Assembly: GCA_039189765.1 (NCBI GenBank)
Contig: JBCCYL010000010.1
Span: forward strand, 32,001-96,000
Source: Cyanobacteria bacterium P01_F01_bin.150
GTDB taxonomy: Bacteria; Cyanobacteriota; Cyanobacteriia; CAKZMO01
Length of the DNA stretch: 64,000 bases
Direction of reading: 5' to 3'
Part shown: in pieces, positions 34,554 through 44,989 of the stretch
How positions within the stretch are numbered: the first letter of the stretch is position 1
Layout: each line of letters opens with the position of its first letter
Translations under genes and position numbers: made by a program
The notes under the pieces: model-generated
Databases searched by the model: none
Seen by the model: the letters and a program-made list of their open reading frames with translations, nothing else
Told to the model about the DNA's origin: nothing

Positions 34554-34605
34554 TATGGACTTGTAGTCTATCGCAATTGCCACTCTGGTTAGGACGTTTT
34601 GAGTC

Positions 34606-35136
34606 CTACTGTAGGGAAGAACGTTTGAGATACTCTTGGTCGGTCATTAAATCAAGGGAAGATGCCACATGGTCCAGAAACACTTTTCCGTCTAGATGGT
34701 CCAACTCATGTTGAAAAATACGGGCAACAAAACCTGTTAGCGTTTGTTGCTGCTGTTGATTATGGCGATCGGTGTATGTGACGGTAATTTCATGGTGGCG
34801 AGGGACAAGGCCTCTAATACCAGGAATACTTAAACACCCTTCCCAATCGTCAACAGTATGGTCTGAACGCTCAATAATGTGCGGATTAATCATTGGGGTG
34901 GGTTCCATTTGAGGCGCATTTGGGTAACGAGCATTTGGGTGAGAGGCCACAATAAACAAACGATGGGATTCTGATACCTGGGGTGCCGCAATACCGACGC
35001 CCTGGCTTTGATGCAAGGTAAACAATAAATCGTCAATGAGACGTTGAACCCAGTCCGCATGAACATCACAAATGGGTTCTGCAATTTGTCTTAACACAGG
35101 ATTTCCTAGCTGTGCGATCGCTCTTTGTGACGCCAT
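34606..35136 (-). CDS. def: Peptide deformylase (second paralog)
   Basis: GVGIAAPQ, EGCLS, QHELDH. Confidence 0.95.
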   Translation of the reverse strand: MASQRAIAQLGNPVLRQIAEPICDVHADWVQRLIDDLLFTLHQSQGVGIAAPQVSESHRLFIVASHPNARYPNAPQMEPTPMINPHIIERSDHTVDDWEGCLSIPGIRGLVPRHHEITVTYTDRHNQQQQQTLTGFVARIFQHELDHLDGKVFLDHVASSLDLMTDQEYLKRSSLQ

Positions 35137-35168
35137 ATTTTCCTCGCTTTAACGCGATCGTAAATTCA

Positions 35169-35888
35169 CTACTGGGTATTGCCTAGGGGCTGGTCAAAAC
35201 TAATCGGACAGGCATCAGGGCTAGGAGACTGGGTTTGAATCGACACAGATGAATAGGTTTGAGTCGTTTCTAGCAGTTGGGATAGCACCGTAATAGCCCG
35301 TTCATTGGCTTGTTCCAATAACTGGTGATCACAGGCTGCATCAACTAAATCATCCAAGGTTTCTCGCTGAGCTAAGGTTTGCAGCTCAGCAGCGGCATGG
35401 GGACCCAAGCCCAAAAAACCTCGGTCATAGTCGTAGATTTGCGATCGCTCCACATCAATTTTTCGATCTAAAATTACTGGAGGAGGAAGTTGAATTTGGA
35501 CTGTGTCGCCTTGAATTGTTATGTTGTCCTGAGTTAACTGGCTCAGATCAAGGCCCGCTCTCACTTCTCCGTGGGCAATATATAAAAGCCGAGTGGTACC
35601 GATAACATAGGTTCCGAGGGTGCGATCAAGATGTGTGGGTACCACTGATTCCATTGATAAAACCGCCGTAGTTAATTCACTTACTCCACGCACTTGTTGA
35701 AGGATAAGGGTTCGAGCATCAACTTCAGGTTCTGGTTGAGGAGCTTGAAACCAGGCAGTAATCGAACTCAATCGTTGATTCCACTGCTCTCCAGTACGCC
35801 ATAGTCCAAGCAAACCAATCAATATCATGACCATGACACTGGAACGAACTAGCCACATTAAGCTATTCAACGGTTTACCCATTAGCAT
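35169..35888 (-). CDS. DUF4230 domain protein
   Basis: N-terminal TM; ELTTA...G.VRAG.DL...LPPP...IYDYDRG pattern. Confidence 0.8.
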   Translation of the reverse strand: MLMGKPLNSLMWLVRSSVMVMILIGLLGLWRTGEQWNQRLSSITAWFQAPQPEPEVDARTLILQQVRGVSELTTAVLSMESVVPTHLDRTLGTYVIGTTRLLYIAHGEVRAGLDLSQLTQDNITIQGDTVQIQLPPPVILDRKIDVERSQIYDYDRGFLGLGPHAAAELQTLAQRETLDDLVDAACDHQLLEQANERAITVLSQLLETTQTYSSVSIQTQSPSPDACPISFDQPLGNTQ

Positions 35889-35922
35889 TGTCCTCTTGAG
35901 TCATCAAGATTATTTTGTTCTA

Positions 35923-35949
35923 GGGTATCAATTTTAGGCGGATAGTGGG
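35923..35949 (+). repeat. MITE-like element, left-end fragment
   Basis: (TTCTA)GGGTATCAATTTTAGGCGGATAGTGGG; same TTCTA flank as the copy at 866. Confidence 0.8.
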
Positions 35950-36067
35950 AGTTCCCTATTAAGGCATGGCTACAACTGGAATGTTAGTCCATCGATGGGG
36001 AATTAAGGCGCTAAAATGTTAGATGTTCTGTTTAAATCTATTCTTCTCTTCATATTGTTTTTTACCT

Positions 36068-36412
36068 ATGTTGCTTAAATCAACAACTCGCCATATTCGC
36101 ATCTTTAGTGCTGAAATTGTTAATGATCAGCTTGTTCCCAGTGCAGAGAAATTGACGCTGGATATTGATCCAGATAACGAACTGAACTGGGACGATGATA
36201 CGATCGGTGCCGTTCAACATAAATTTGATGAACTAGTGGATTCCTATGAGGGAGAAGACTTAACGGACTATAACCTACGTCGCATTGGCTCAGATTTGGA
36301 ACATTTTGTGCGATCGCTCCTTCATGATGGAAAGGTTTCCTATAATCTTCAGGGGCGAGTACAAAACTACAGTCTTGGGTTGCCGGTTGTATCTAAAGAC
36401 GAAACAGTTTAA
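36068..36412 (+). CDS. ndhM: NDH-1 subunit M
   Basis: MLLKSTTRHIRIF...LDIDPDNE..W...YNLRRIGSDLEHF...NYSLGLP. Confidence 0.95.
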   Translation: MLLKSTTRHIRIFSAEIVNDQLVPSAEKLTLDIDPDNELNWDDDTIGAVQHKFDELVDSYEGEDLTDYNLRRIGSDLEHFVRSLLHDGKVSYNLQGRVQNYSLGLPVVSKDETV

Positions 36413-36458
36413 TCATGTCAATGTTTTCTAATCCTGTGCTGGGCTCTAAGCCATCATA

Positions 36459-39400
36459 ATGATTCAATGCCCCAACTACAGTTGCCAAGCTATAAGCGCT
36501 GAGGCACACCAATTTTGCCAAACATGTCAGGCACCAGTGCCGCGACGGGTTCTTTGGGCTGTAGGTTATCAGGCAGAAAAATTTAAGCCAGGAGCTGTCG
36601 TATCCGAGCGATATCTTTGTAAAGCGTCCCAAATTTTTTTGGACCTAAAGCCGGGTCTTCCACCTGGTACGCTCACAGACATTCCATTTACGGTTCTACC
36701 CTACCTACGCCTAACGGCTCATCGTCTCCATCTTCCCCAAGTTTATGGATGGACTGACGGCACCTTGGCGTCAGGGGAGACGACACGGCTGATGTTTCTG
36801 GAGAATTCGGCCCTTTCGCCTCCCACAACCGATGGCAAGATTGAGCCTTCTATCCTGCCACCGTTGAAAGATATGTGGTCGTCGGGATCTGCCCTACAAC
36901 AGCTTCACTGGCTATGGCAAATTGCCCATTTGTGGCAGCCTCTGGCGACTGAACACATTGCTTCGACCCTGCTTGATCTAGATTTAGTTCGAGTAGAAGC
37001 ATCACTTATTCGATTAATTCAACTCCATGTCCCGCAGTTTCATACTCCACAGTCTGCTGAAAGTGCTCCTCAACCTCGATTTCCTCAACTTGGTCAATGC
37101 TGGCAGGAGCTGTTGAAGGGGGCCAGACCTGAAGTTCAACCGTTTATTGAGCAAATTTGTCAAAAACTAATCGAGGGCTATTTCCAAGATGGCCAAGCGT
37201 TGGTAACGGCTTTAGACTTAGGATTGCAATCAGTTACGCAAGCTCACACAATTTTCTTAGGCACTGCAACTCAAACAGATAAAGGACCCAGTCGAGCCAA
37301 TAATCAAGATGCTTGTTTTCCGGCCAGCGGTAACGTGGGTCAATTAACCCTAACGCCGGGTTCCAATGTAAACCCAGGAGTAACTAAACCATTACCCGCT
37401 CCCCTGATTGTTGTTTGTGACGGCATTGGTGGGCATCAAGGGGGCGAAATTGCCTCTGCAACAGCCATTGAAGAGATTACTGATACTCTCCAACCTCTGG
37501 AGCTATTGTCGGACGCAGAAGGATTCAACCCTTGGTTTATTCACGATCGTATTAATGTAGCGATTGCTCAAGCTAACGACGCCATTAATCAACGCAATGA
37601 TAGTGAGAAACGTCGGGAACGTGCTCGCATGGGCACAACGGTAGTGATGGGCCTCATTCATAATCATGAGTGTTTCATCTCCCATGTTGGCGATAGTCGG
37701 GTTTATTGGATTACTCATGCTGGCTGTCATCAAATTACCCTGGATGACGATGTTGCGTCCCGTGAGGCTCGCCTTGGTTATGGAACCTACCGCAGTGTGC
37801 TGTACCACCCCAATGCAGGCGCTCTTGTGCAAGCGTTAGGCATGGGGCCATCTAAAAACCTTTACCCATCTGGGCAAAGGCTTATTCTAGGGGAAGAGGG
37901 AATTCTGCTTTTTTGTTCAGATGGCTTAAGTGATCAAGACTTGATTGAAACGAGCTGGTCCTCCATCCTGACTCCTTTGCTACATCTGTCCAAAACGTCT
38001 GCCGATAAAGAGCGAAAAAAAGTATTAGGGCATGTTGTCAATAATTTAGTTGAATTGGCCAATACCCGAAATGGCCATGACAACGTCACGATTGGGTTGG
38101 TTCAATGGCACTCTCGTCAAGTAGATACTATTCAGATCCCCGATTTGGATGTTTTAATTCATGCTTACAATAGTCAAGCTGAACGGAATCTGTCAGCTAT
38201 GGGTGAGCAAGGAAGCGACAATTCTCAGGATGATGATGATCCGCCCACTCAGCCCCCAGGAACTACAACTCTTTCTTTAACCCAGCTACTGGCTACGACT
38301 AGTCCCAATATCGAGGACGTTCGAGGACAAGAGAAACGTACGGCCTTCTCTAATGCAGTTCTCCAAGATGCCTCTTCTCCATTGATAGCAGACTCTCCTG
38401 AGCTTGGAACATCTCCATCTCCAGCATCAATCCCCTCAGAAGAGTTGGCTGGTTCAAATTCCCCCAGGAATGGTGAAGCCTGGATTTCTCCGTCTGCCAC
38501 ACGGGCAGAGTCTCGCAAATCCCCATTTTTGGCTGGCATTACTGTATTTATGGGTCTTTTACTTTTTTTGATCCTTGGAGGCGGAGCCGTGTACCTCACG
38601 ATACCAGAAGTGAGCGACCGGATTAATGCCGCATTAGGCATAAACTCTGGCACCGCTGCCCCTGATAATTCACCTGTCCCATTACCTCCTTTTTCTCAAG
38701 GGGCAGAAGACTCAGATGAACGTCTGAACCGCCCCGATTCTTCTCAGTCAACATCGATATCTGATGGCGTGGACAATAGCGTGGGAGATAACGATGAAGC
38801 GCTCACCATTGGGAATGTTCTCAATTTAAGACGAACCCCCCCAACTCTCCGTACCCTAGATGCTGCGGCAGTCGAGGGCCAAGGTAACCTGGAAGCCGAA
38901 AACGCAGTACTATTGCTGTTTGAGCAACCGCCTGAAGCCGGAATAATGGGAGGATTCACTGTGCAACATGAATCTTCATCAGTTGATCCTAAGCCCCAAA
39001 TCGACGATTCACCAGGCAACGAGCAAGTTGTGGATGATTCAGCCGATAATTCAGCCGAGCTAGTCATCAATCCAGCTATTACTCCGATTGGAGTGGTACC
39101 CTGGGGGAGTATCTTACAAGTGCAAGAGACCTTCGAATTATCCTATGCCAACTCCTCAGCTCTCTCCTATGAGGAGGATGTGACCATTGTCTCCCAGCCT
39201 AACGAGTCTAATACTCGCAATGATGTCAATTTGGAAGGAAATGGTCAGGCGGAGGTTGATAATTTATCAGAATCTAGTGAAGATAGAGTAGGAGAACGAT
39301 GGGTAAAGGTTCAGCTTTGCTCCACACCATCTAATACAATCGCTTTACCGAGCACGGAAACTGGGACAAGCATCCTGGCAGTTGGTCGTGTTGGGTGGAT

Positions 39401-39485
39401 TCTAGAGCGACAGCTCAAAGAACTGAGCTATCTTGATAGGGATCAAGCATCACCGTTTAATGAACATTGTGCATCCGAACCTTAG
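36459..39485 (+). CDS. PP2C Ser/Thr phosphatase with N-terminal Zn-ribbon/kinase-like region, TM and C-terminal extension
   Basis: CPNYSC..FCQTC; GPSRANNQD, VCDGIGGH, MGTT, HVGDSR, CSDGL, GHDNVT; one TM helix. Confidence 0.9.
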   Translation: MIQCPNYSCQAISAEAHQFCQTCQAPVPRRVLWAVGYQAEKFKPGAVVSERYLCKASQIFLDLKPGLPPGTLTDIPFTVLPYLRLTAHRLHLPQVYGWTDGTLASGETTRLMFLENSALSPPTTDGKIEPSILPPLKDMWSSGSALQQLHWLWQIAHLWQPLATEHIASTLLDLDLVRVEASLIRLIQLHVPQFHTPQSAESAPQPRFPQLGQCWQELLKGARPEVQPFIEQICQKLIEGYFQDGQALVTALDLGLQSVTQAHTIFLGTATQTDKGPSRANNQDACFPASGNVGQLTLTPGSNVNPGVTKPLPAPLIVVCDGIGGHQGGEIASATAIEEITDTLQPLELLSDAEGFNPWFIHDRINVAIAQANDAINQRNDSEKRRERARMGTTVVMGLIHNHECFISHVGDSRVYWITHAGCHQITLDDDVASREARLGYGTYRSVLYHPNAGALVQALGMGPSKNLYPSGQRLILGEEGILLFCSDGLSDQDLIETSWSSILTPLLHLSKTSADKERKKVLGHVVNNLVELANTRNGHDNVTIGLVQWHSRQVDTIQIPDLDVLIHAYNSQAERNLSAMGEQGSDNSQDDDDPPTQPPGTTTLSLTQLLATTSPNIEDVRGQEKRTAFSNAVLQDASSPLIADSPELGTSPSPASIPSEELAGSNSPRNGEAWISPSATRAESRKSPFLAGITVFMGLLLFLILGGGAVYLTIPEVSDRINAALGINSGTAAPDNSPVPLPPFSQGAEDSDERLNRPDSSQSTSISDGVDNSVGDNDEALTIGNVLNLRRTPPTLRTLDAAAVEGQGNLEAENAVLLLFEQPPEAGIMGGFTVQHESSSVDPKPQIDDSPGNEQVVDDSADNSAELVINPAITPIGVVPWGSILQVQETFELSYANSSALSYEEDVTIVSQPNESNTRNDVNLEGNGQAEVDNLSESSEDRVGERWVKVQLCSTPSNTIALPSTETGTSILAVGRVGWILERQLKELSYLDRDQASPFNEHCASEP

Positions 39486-39652
39486 CCTATTGATAACGCT
39501 ATGTCATCGATAGCTTAGAAATAAACGTCCTAGTTTGGAGTTTCTCTAGTAATAAGTATTATTGTTCTGGGATATCCGGGTCAGTCTAATGTCTAGTGAA
39601 ATCCATAAGTAATGAATAATAGAGAAGCGTCGGTCTTAAAAAACTACTTTAC

Positions 39653-41296
39653 ATGCCTTTTTCTCGTGATCTGTGTCTGAGTGTTGCTATTCGCCCCCTA
39701 GATGAATCCGCTGGGCATTATGCGGTCTGGGTTCTTCATGCTCCATTTCCAGGGGGGTATGTTCACAGCGATCGCCCTTGGACAACCAATCTCAACTATA
39801 CATGGCGCTCGTGGCAGGAAATGTTTTCTACCATTGTGACCGATCTGCCTGCTTTTGAACCGCCTGAGTCCTTCCCCTCATTGAATATGGAAGGCTCAGC
39901 TATGAGCTACAGTAGCCGAATTATGCAAGAGTTGGGCATTCATCTCTGGCAGTGGATTTTTGACGGCTCTATCAAAAGTAGTCTTGACCATAGCCAGGGC
40001 ATTGCTACTGGATTGAGCAAGCCCCTACGGGTGCGTTTGGACATTCGCGATCCTAATCTAATTAATTTGCCATGGGAAATCATGCAGGGGGAGCCTGGCA
40101 TTCAAGCGATGTCCTTGAGTCCTAATATTCTATTTAGCCGCACCACTACTGCGGTGGACATGCTCCCAAAACTACGTCCTGAGCAATCCTTAAGTGTCCT
40201 TTTGGTATTGGGCCAGGATGGCCACGAAAGCCCAGACAGCTCATACTATGCTTCTGGAGGTGTAGCGAGTGCTACAAAACTGAAACTTGAACAAGAAGCC
40301 CATGCACTAATCAAGGCTTTAGAGCGCTCAACGGGGGCTAATTTAAATCAACGGGGATTTACGCCTTTGGCTTCTTGTTCCGTAGATACCCTAGTTCAGC
40401 CAACACCGGCGGAATTGGCCACTAGGCTAGAGCGAGGAACCTACAATATGTTTTTCTATGCTGGCCATGGTTTACCAGGGCCAGATGGGGGATTACTCTA
40501 TCTCAGGCCTGATGCTCGCATTAATGGTACAGAGCTGGCCCAAGTGCTGACGCGTTGCCAAATTAAGTTGGCGGTATTTAATGCCTGTTGGGGGGCACAA
40601 CCGGACCAAGATGTTCAGCAACAACCCATACCTCGTAGCAGCTTATCGGAAGTTTTAGTCCATCACGGGGTACCATCGGTGCTAGCGATGAGAGATACGA
40701 TTGCCGATGAAGAGGCTCTTAGCTTTATCAGTGCCTTTGCCCAAGCCTTGGTCGAGCGAATGCCCATTGACCGTGCCGTTGCCATTGCCCGTCAACAACT
40801 TTTGACCCTCTATAAGTTCAATCAACCCGCTTGGACTCTACCAGTTTTGTATATGCACCCTGAATTTGATGGTGAACTTATTCGTCCTATGGGCAATGGG
40901 GTGACTGAAATTCCTGATCATTCGTCCACATGGCTGGGGCGTAAAGCGCCAGCCGCCTGCTTACGTCTCTTGGACAGTCCATCTCAACAATGGGCTATTC
41001 TGGCTGGCATGATGCGTGTTGGAACGTGGGACGGCAATGATTTAGTGTTACAGGGGGCAGGCATTTCGCGTAAGCATGCCGAAATTTTCTATCGTGATTC
41101 AGTCGTTGATGAAGTGTCTAAACCGGCTTATTATCTGCGCGATTTCTCAAGATATGGCACCTTAGTGCTTGGCGAAGAAGGGTGGCAACGAGTGCACCAT
41201 CGGGAAATTTCTTTATCTTCATCGACTCAGCTTAAATTTGGTAGTCATCGCTGTCAAACCTTGGAATTTTTCTTAGAAAGTTCACCCGATGGTTAG
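39653..41296 (+). CDS. HetF-like CHAT (caspase-fold) protease with C-terminal FHA domain
   Basis: LPWE, FYAGHG (His), VFNACWG (Cys), WTLPVLY; FHA VG...ISRKHA...SRYGT. Confidence 0.88.
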   Translation: MPFSRDLCLSVAIRPLDESAGHYAVWVLHAPFPGGYVHSDRPWTTNLNYTWRSWQEMFSTIVTDLPAFEPPESFPSLNMEGSAMSYSSRIMQELGIHLWQWIFDGSIKSSLDHSQGIATGLSKPLRVRLDIRDPNLINLPWEIMQGEPGIQAMSLSPNILFSRTTTAVDMLPKLRPEQSLSVLLVLGQDGHESPDSSYYASGGVASATKLKLEQEAHALIKALERSTGANLNQRGFTPLASCSVDTLVQPTPAELATRLERGTYNMFFYAGHGLPGPDGGLLYLRPDARINGTELAQVLTRCQIKLAVFNACWGAQPDQDVQQQPIPRSSLSEVLVHHGVPSVLAMRDTIADEEALSFISAFAQALVERMPIDRAVAIARQQLLTLYKFNQPAWTLPVLYMHPEFDGELIRPMGNGVTEIPDHSSTWLGRKAPAACLRLLDSPSQQWAILAGMMRVGTWDGNDLVLQGAGISRKHAEIFYRDSVVDEVSKPAYYLRDFSRYGTLVLGEEGWQRVHHREISLSSSTQLKFGSHRCQTLEFFLESSPDG

Positions 41297-41679
41297 CGAA
41301 GCAGTGATCCATTGGTATGAACGATTTGGACGATTTATGATGTGGCTACTGCTTAAACAGGGCAACTTTGGCCTTTGTATCAAGAAAATCATGGCTGTGC
41401 AATCGCCCAAAATGCTCACTGTACAAAGTTTTTGTAAAAGTACTTCCTGATCCTTTCCGCAATTTGGCGGAAATTGAAATAGATTGCGGAACCATGAAAT
41501 ATGCTTGTGTAGGTACCCATGTCAGACTAAATTAAAAATCGGCAATCAGTAAAGTGACAGTTTTGAAAGTGTCTCCTACTTGCATAAAACTGAATCACGC
41601 AGCGTTCTCCCCCAGCGTCGTCGATTAGAGTAGAAAACTGTGTGAACCATTTAATTTAATCCCAGGAGTATCAATCAGC

Positions 41680-42336
41680 ATGGCTAGTGATTTGACCCGT
41701 ATTTCTATTTCCGAGCAACAGGCAGAAACTGAATTAGAGCTTCTCCAGGTCCTCCTTAGTGATGAGGCCTATCCCTGGAGCGTAGACACAGATACGGACA
41801 ACGCTCATCAACAGTACTTTAATCGTCTTGAATCCCAGTGGAACCAGGACCTTGCAGCAGCAGAAGTGGAGGCGATCGCGACTAAAGGCCGGGTCTTCTT
41901 TCAGCACCTTGATCAGGCATGGGGGAATGCAGATGCTCAGTTGTCTCAAGCTGGGCCGACGCAATTGCCTGCCCTCGCTTCTATTCAAGCCATCCTTACT
42001 GAGAAATTTCAAGACCGCATACCAACTAATTTAATTCATGCCTTGACCCATAAGGCCCATGAACTAGCTGCTCAGCCCCTTTCATTGGCCGAGCAGTTGG
42101 TGCAATCTGTTCAGGATATTTTGCCTGAATGGGGAACAGAGGACTTGCAGGTATTGGCTCGCCCCTACGCCTATGCCATGCGTGGTCCAGAAACTGACAA
42201 GTTAGAAGTCGCCCTTCGTTCCGTTCGCCACGCTACATGGGCTGAATTATCCCGTGTTGAACAAGCCCGTCTCGGTTTAGCGATTGCTCGATACACCTTT
42301 TCTCAAATGCCTACTGACGCTTCAGTTAAGCAGTAA
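41680..42336 (+). CDS. Conserved cyanobacterial protein, possibly PatU3-related
   Basis: YPW...IP..L......L....LSL.EQLVQ.V..ILP...W.ELS..EQARL.LAIA pattern; CAGGAG RBS. Confidence 0.7.
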   Translation: MASDLTRISISEQQAETELELLQVLLSDEAYPWSVDTDTDNAHQQYFNRLESQWNQDLAAAEVEAIATKGRVFFQHLDQAWGNADAQLSQAGPTQLPALASIQAILTEKFQDRIPTNLIHALTHKAHELAAQPLSLAEQLVQSVQDILPEWGTEDLQVLARPYAYAMRGPETDKLEVALRSVRHATWAELSRVEQARLGLAIARYTFSQMPTDASVKQ

Positions 42337-42394
42337 GCTATTGGTCAGCTATTTGTTCAGCCCCCCACAGGCTAATTTGAGTAGATTGAAACCT

Positions 42395-43840
42395 TCACTT
42401 GTTACCCCAAGGTGTAAAACGAGTGGCAAAGTTGTTGGAGCGCGTCGGTGACAGCGCTCGTGCTTTCAAAATAGCAGCAGCTAGAAAAGCATAGGACAGT
42501 ACGCCAATTAATGCCAAGATCAGTGGATTAACAAATCCAGTTGTATTCCATAATGCATGGAGAACAGATGCTGATATGTAGCCAATTAGAACAACCTGCC
42601 ACTGTCGTTGGGATTTGAGAGTACTGAGGCCAATAAAGTAACCCAGATATCCACTGTAGGCCATATGCCCAGACACGGAGCCTAAAATACGGGGAATGAG
42701 TAGCTGAAGACCCATTAGTTCCTTATTACCCAATGGATCTTGTAGCATGACGCCATTTAGAACTTCAGCAATATAGAGGTGGGTTTCGATGAGAGTAAAG
42801 CCCACTGCTGATGCGGCTCCAATCAAAATTCCATCCAAAGGTTCATTGACCCCTGCATTGCGATAACGGGCAGAGCGGGCAGAGCGACCCAGAACCCATG
42901 CTCCCAAAATGGGCAACGCCTTAATCAACTCTTCCATTAGCCCTGCACCAAACAGCATGCGAATAAACAGGCTAATAACGCCAACAGAAGACGGATCGGT
43001 TGGAATTGCGCCCGGCAGCCTCTCCTGAAAGACAAAGATAAACGCGTCCAGAAGAGGACTCTTTAAAACCAAAGCCGTCATCATTCCTGAACTTAGAAGA
43101 AGCCAAGCCGGTTTATGTTTGCCACAAAGCTGGTAGACAAAGTAATAGGCTGCCGCAGACAAATAGGCTGCAATCAACGTATTAAACGCCTGGACATTCC
43201 CTACAGCGATAAACATCAGGACAACAAACAAAACCGTAACCACTCCAGGGATCAAGTAAGCCTTGGCGGTGAGATCACGACCAGTGGAGATGATTGGGAA
43301 AAGCTGGCTAAAGGTTACGTCACCGGACGATGCTGGCTGATATACATAGGACTCAATAGAGGAATCAGGGGAAAATGAATGAGTGCCCGATGGTTCATTG
43401 GGAGCGGTTGAAGCTGAACTGACAGGAGGCAGCATTGACTCTTCTTGACCTGCCTCAGGGGCCATATTCAGGTCAAGGAGTTCAAACATAAACTGGGGGC
43501 CGCGTTTCCCTAGGCTAATGCGATCGCCCTCATGGAGTTGCTCTTCTCCTTGGATAAGGCATCCATTGACATAAGTTCCATTGGAACTATTTAAATCGCA
43601 AACCTGCCATGCTGCCTTATCCTGGTCCAAAAACGCTCTAATTTGGGCATGTTGACGAGATACACCCTTATAAGAATGGGAATCAAGCACAATTTGACAC
43701 ACTGGATCTCGACCCAGTACGACACTGCCGTCCACAGGCAACGTATAGAATTCAACACTTGCAATACCACCCGGCGCAATTTGACGCAGGACAGCAGTTA
43801 ACGGACGTGGACGTGGGTTCATCCACCACCACCCTATCAA
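42395..43840 (-). CDS. FHA-domain PrsW-family intramembrane glutamic protease
   Basis: FHA (LGR...VSRQHA...SSNGTYVNG); PrsW motifs EELIK, GFTLIE, GH, LHALWN. Confidence 0.9.
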   Translation of the reverse strand: MIGWWWMNPRPRPLTAVLRQIAPGGIASVEFYTLPVDGSVVLGRDPVCQIVLDSHSYKGVSRQHAQIRAFLDQDKAAWQVCDLNSSNGTYVNGCLIQGEEQLHEGDRISLGKRGPQFMFELLDLNMAPEAGQEESMLPPVSSASTAPNEPSGTHSFSPDSSIESYVYQPASSGDVTFSQLFPIISTGRDLTAKAYLIPGVVTVLFVVLMFIAVGNVQAFNTLIAAYLSAAAYYFVYQLCGKHKPAWLLLSSGMMTALVLKSPLLDAFIFVFQERLPGAIPTDPSSVGVISLFIRMLFGAGLMEELIKALPILGAWVLGRSARSARYRNAGVNEPLDGILIGAASAVGFTLIETHLYIAEVLNGVMLQDPLGNKELMGLQLLIPRILGSVSGHMAYSGYLGYFIGLSTLKSQRQWQVVLIGYISASVLHALWNTTGFVNPLILALIGVLSYAFLAAAILKARALSPTRSNNFATRFTPWGNK

Positions 43841-43870
43841 TACGCAATGGTCATGGGTTCAGTCTTTACC

Positions 43871-44071
43871 TTACCAATTTTGATTTGCCCTTGTATCCTG
43901 AACCGCAGTATAAAACGTAATGCCAGTCAGAGGAATACTTACCACTAAAATAATACTGGTTACAGTTGATCCTAATTGAGGAGTCCCAGATGAAAGTTCA
44001 AAAATAGAGCCGACGGCAGAGATTGCCGCAATGCAGCAAATAGCAAGTAATACACCACTTTTTATGGTCAC
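43871..44071 (-). CDS. Small two-TM cyanobacterial membrane protein
   Basis: 66 aa, two hydrophobic helices, AVGSIFEL motif; lies between def and the FHA-PrsW gene. Confidence 0.7.
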   Translation of the reverse strand: MTIKSGVLLAICCIAAISAVGSIFELSSGTPQLGSTVTSIILVVSIPLTGITFYTAVQDTRANQNW

Positions 44072-44158
44072 AGCTTTTTCCTAAGAACAACAACGAATAA
44101 TGGGCGCATAAACTCTGCTGTTCTAATTATCACAGCAGGTAAATGAAAAAAGTATCCT

Positions 44159-44731
44159 CTATGCTACAGGCTTAACGTCTTTTGTTGAAAACCCATGTTT
44201 TTTCAACTCCTGATTAAGCGAGATAGCATTATCAACCCGATCTACAAACAGCACACCATTAAGATGATCGACTTCATGTTGAATGACCCGTGCCAAAAGC
44301 TCATTGGCAACTAGCCGCTGTGGGCGTCCCTGCTCGTCTTTGTAGCTTACTTCAATCGATATAGGACGGGTCACATCCAGATTCACTTTGGGAATGCTCA
44401 AGCATCCTTCCTGGGCGACACAGAGGTCTTTGCTAAATTTTTGAATCTTAGGGTTAATCATCACAAAGGCAGGATTTGCCGCATTTTCTGGGTCGTCGTC
44501 AATAACGAGGATTTGCTTGCTAATGCCAATCTGTGGTGCAGCTAACCCAATACCGTCTTCGCTATACATCGTCTGAAGCATTTCACGGGCAAGTTGGCGA
44601 ACATCTGGACCAATTTTGGTTACGCGTTTGCAGGACTGACGTAAAACGCGATCGCCCATGTAGCGTAAGGCCAAAGGCGGCTTCGCCAGTTTCTTTTTTT
44701 CGACAGACAGTATGGAGGATTCAGCAGCCAT
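44159..44731 (-). CDS. def: Peptide deformylase (canonical cyanobacterial type)
   Basis: VEKKKL..PPL, GIGLAAPQ, EGCLS, QHEVDH. Confidence 0.95.
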   Translation of the reverse strand: MAAESSILSVEKKKLAKPPLALRYMGDRVLRQSCKRVTKIGPDVRQLAREMLQTMYSEDGIGLAAPQIGISKQILVIDDDPENAANPAFVMINPKIQKFSKDLCVAQEGCLSIPKVNLDVTRPISIEVSYKDEQGRPQRLVANELLARVIQHEVDHLNGVLFVDRVDNAISLNQELKKHGFSTKDVKPVA

Positions 44732-44989
44732 GAAATTATGCTCAATTGATGTAAAGTGCTACGAATAGCGAAGTTGATGTTGGACTTTGCCAGTTCTATG
44801 TCTACACCTATCATTTTAATCGACTCTCTGCCAAAACTGGCGGTTAGTTCCCAAGTCAGCAACAACAAGAATTACATTAAATTTGTTCCATTTTTACAAT
44901 TTTCCGGTAACGTTTTGGCGTGGCTGGTCCATTTTTGAACATAGATACAGCCGTCGGTCTTGGTGTCATCTAGGAGCCATTAGAAGATC

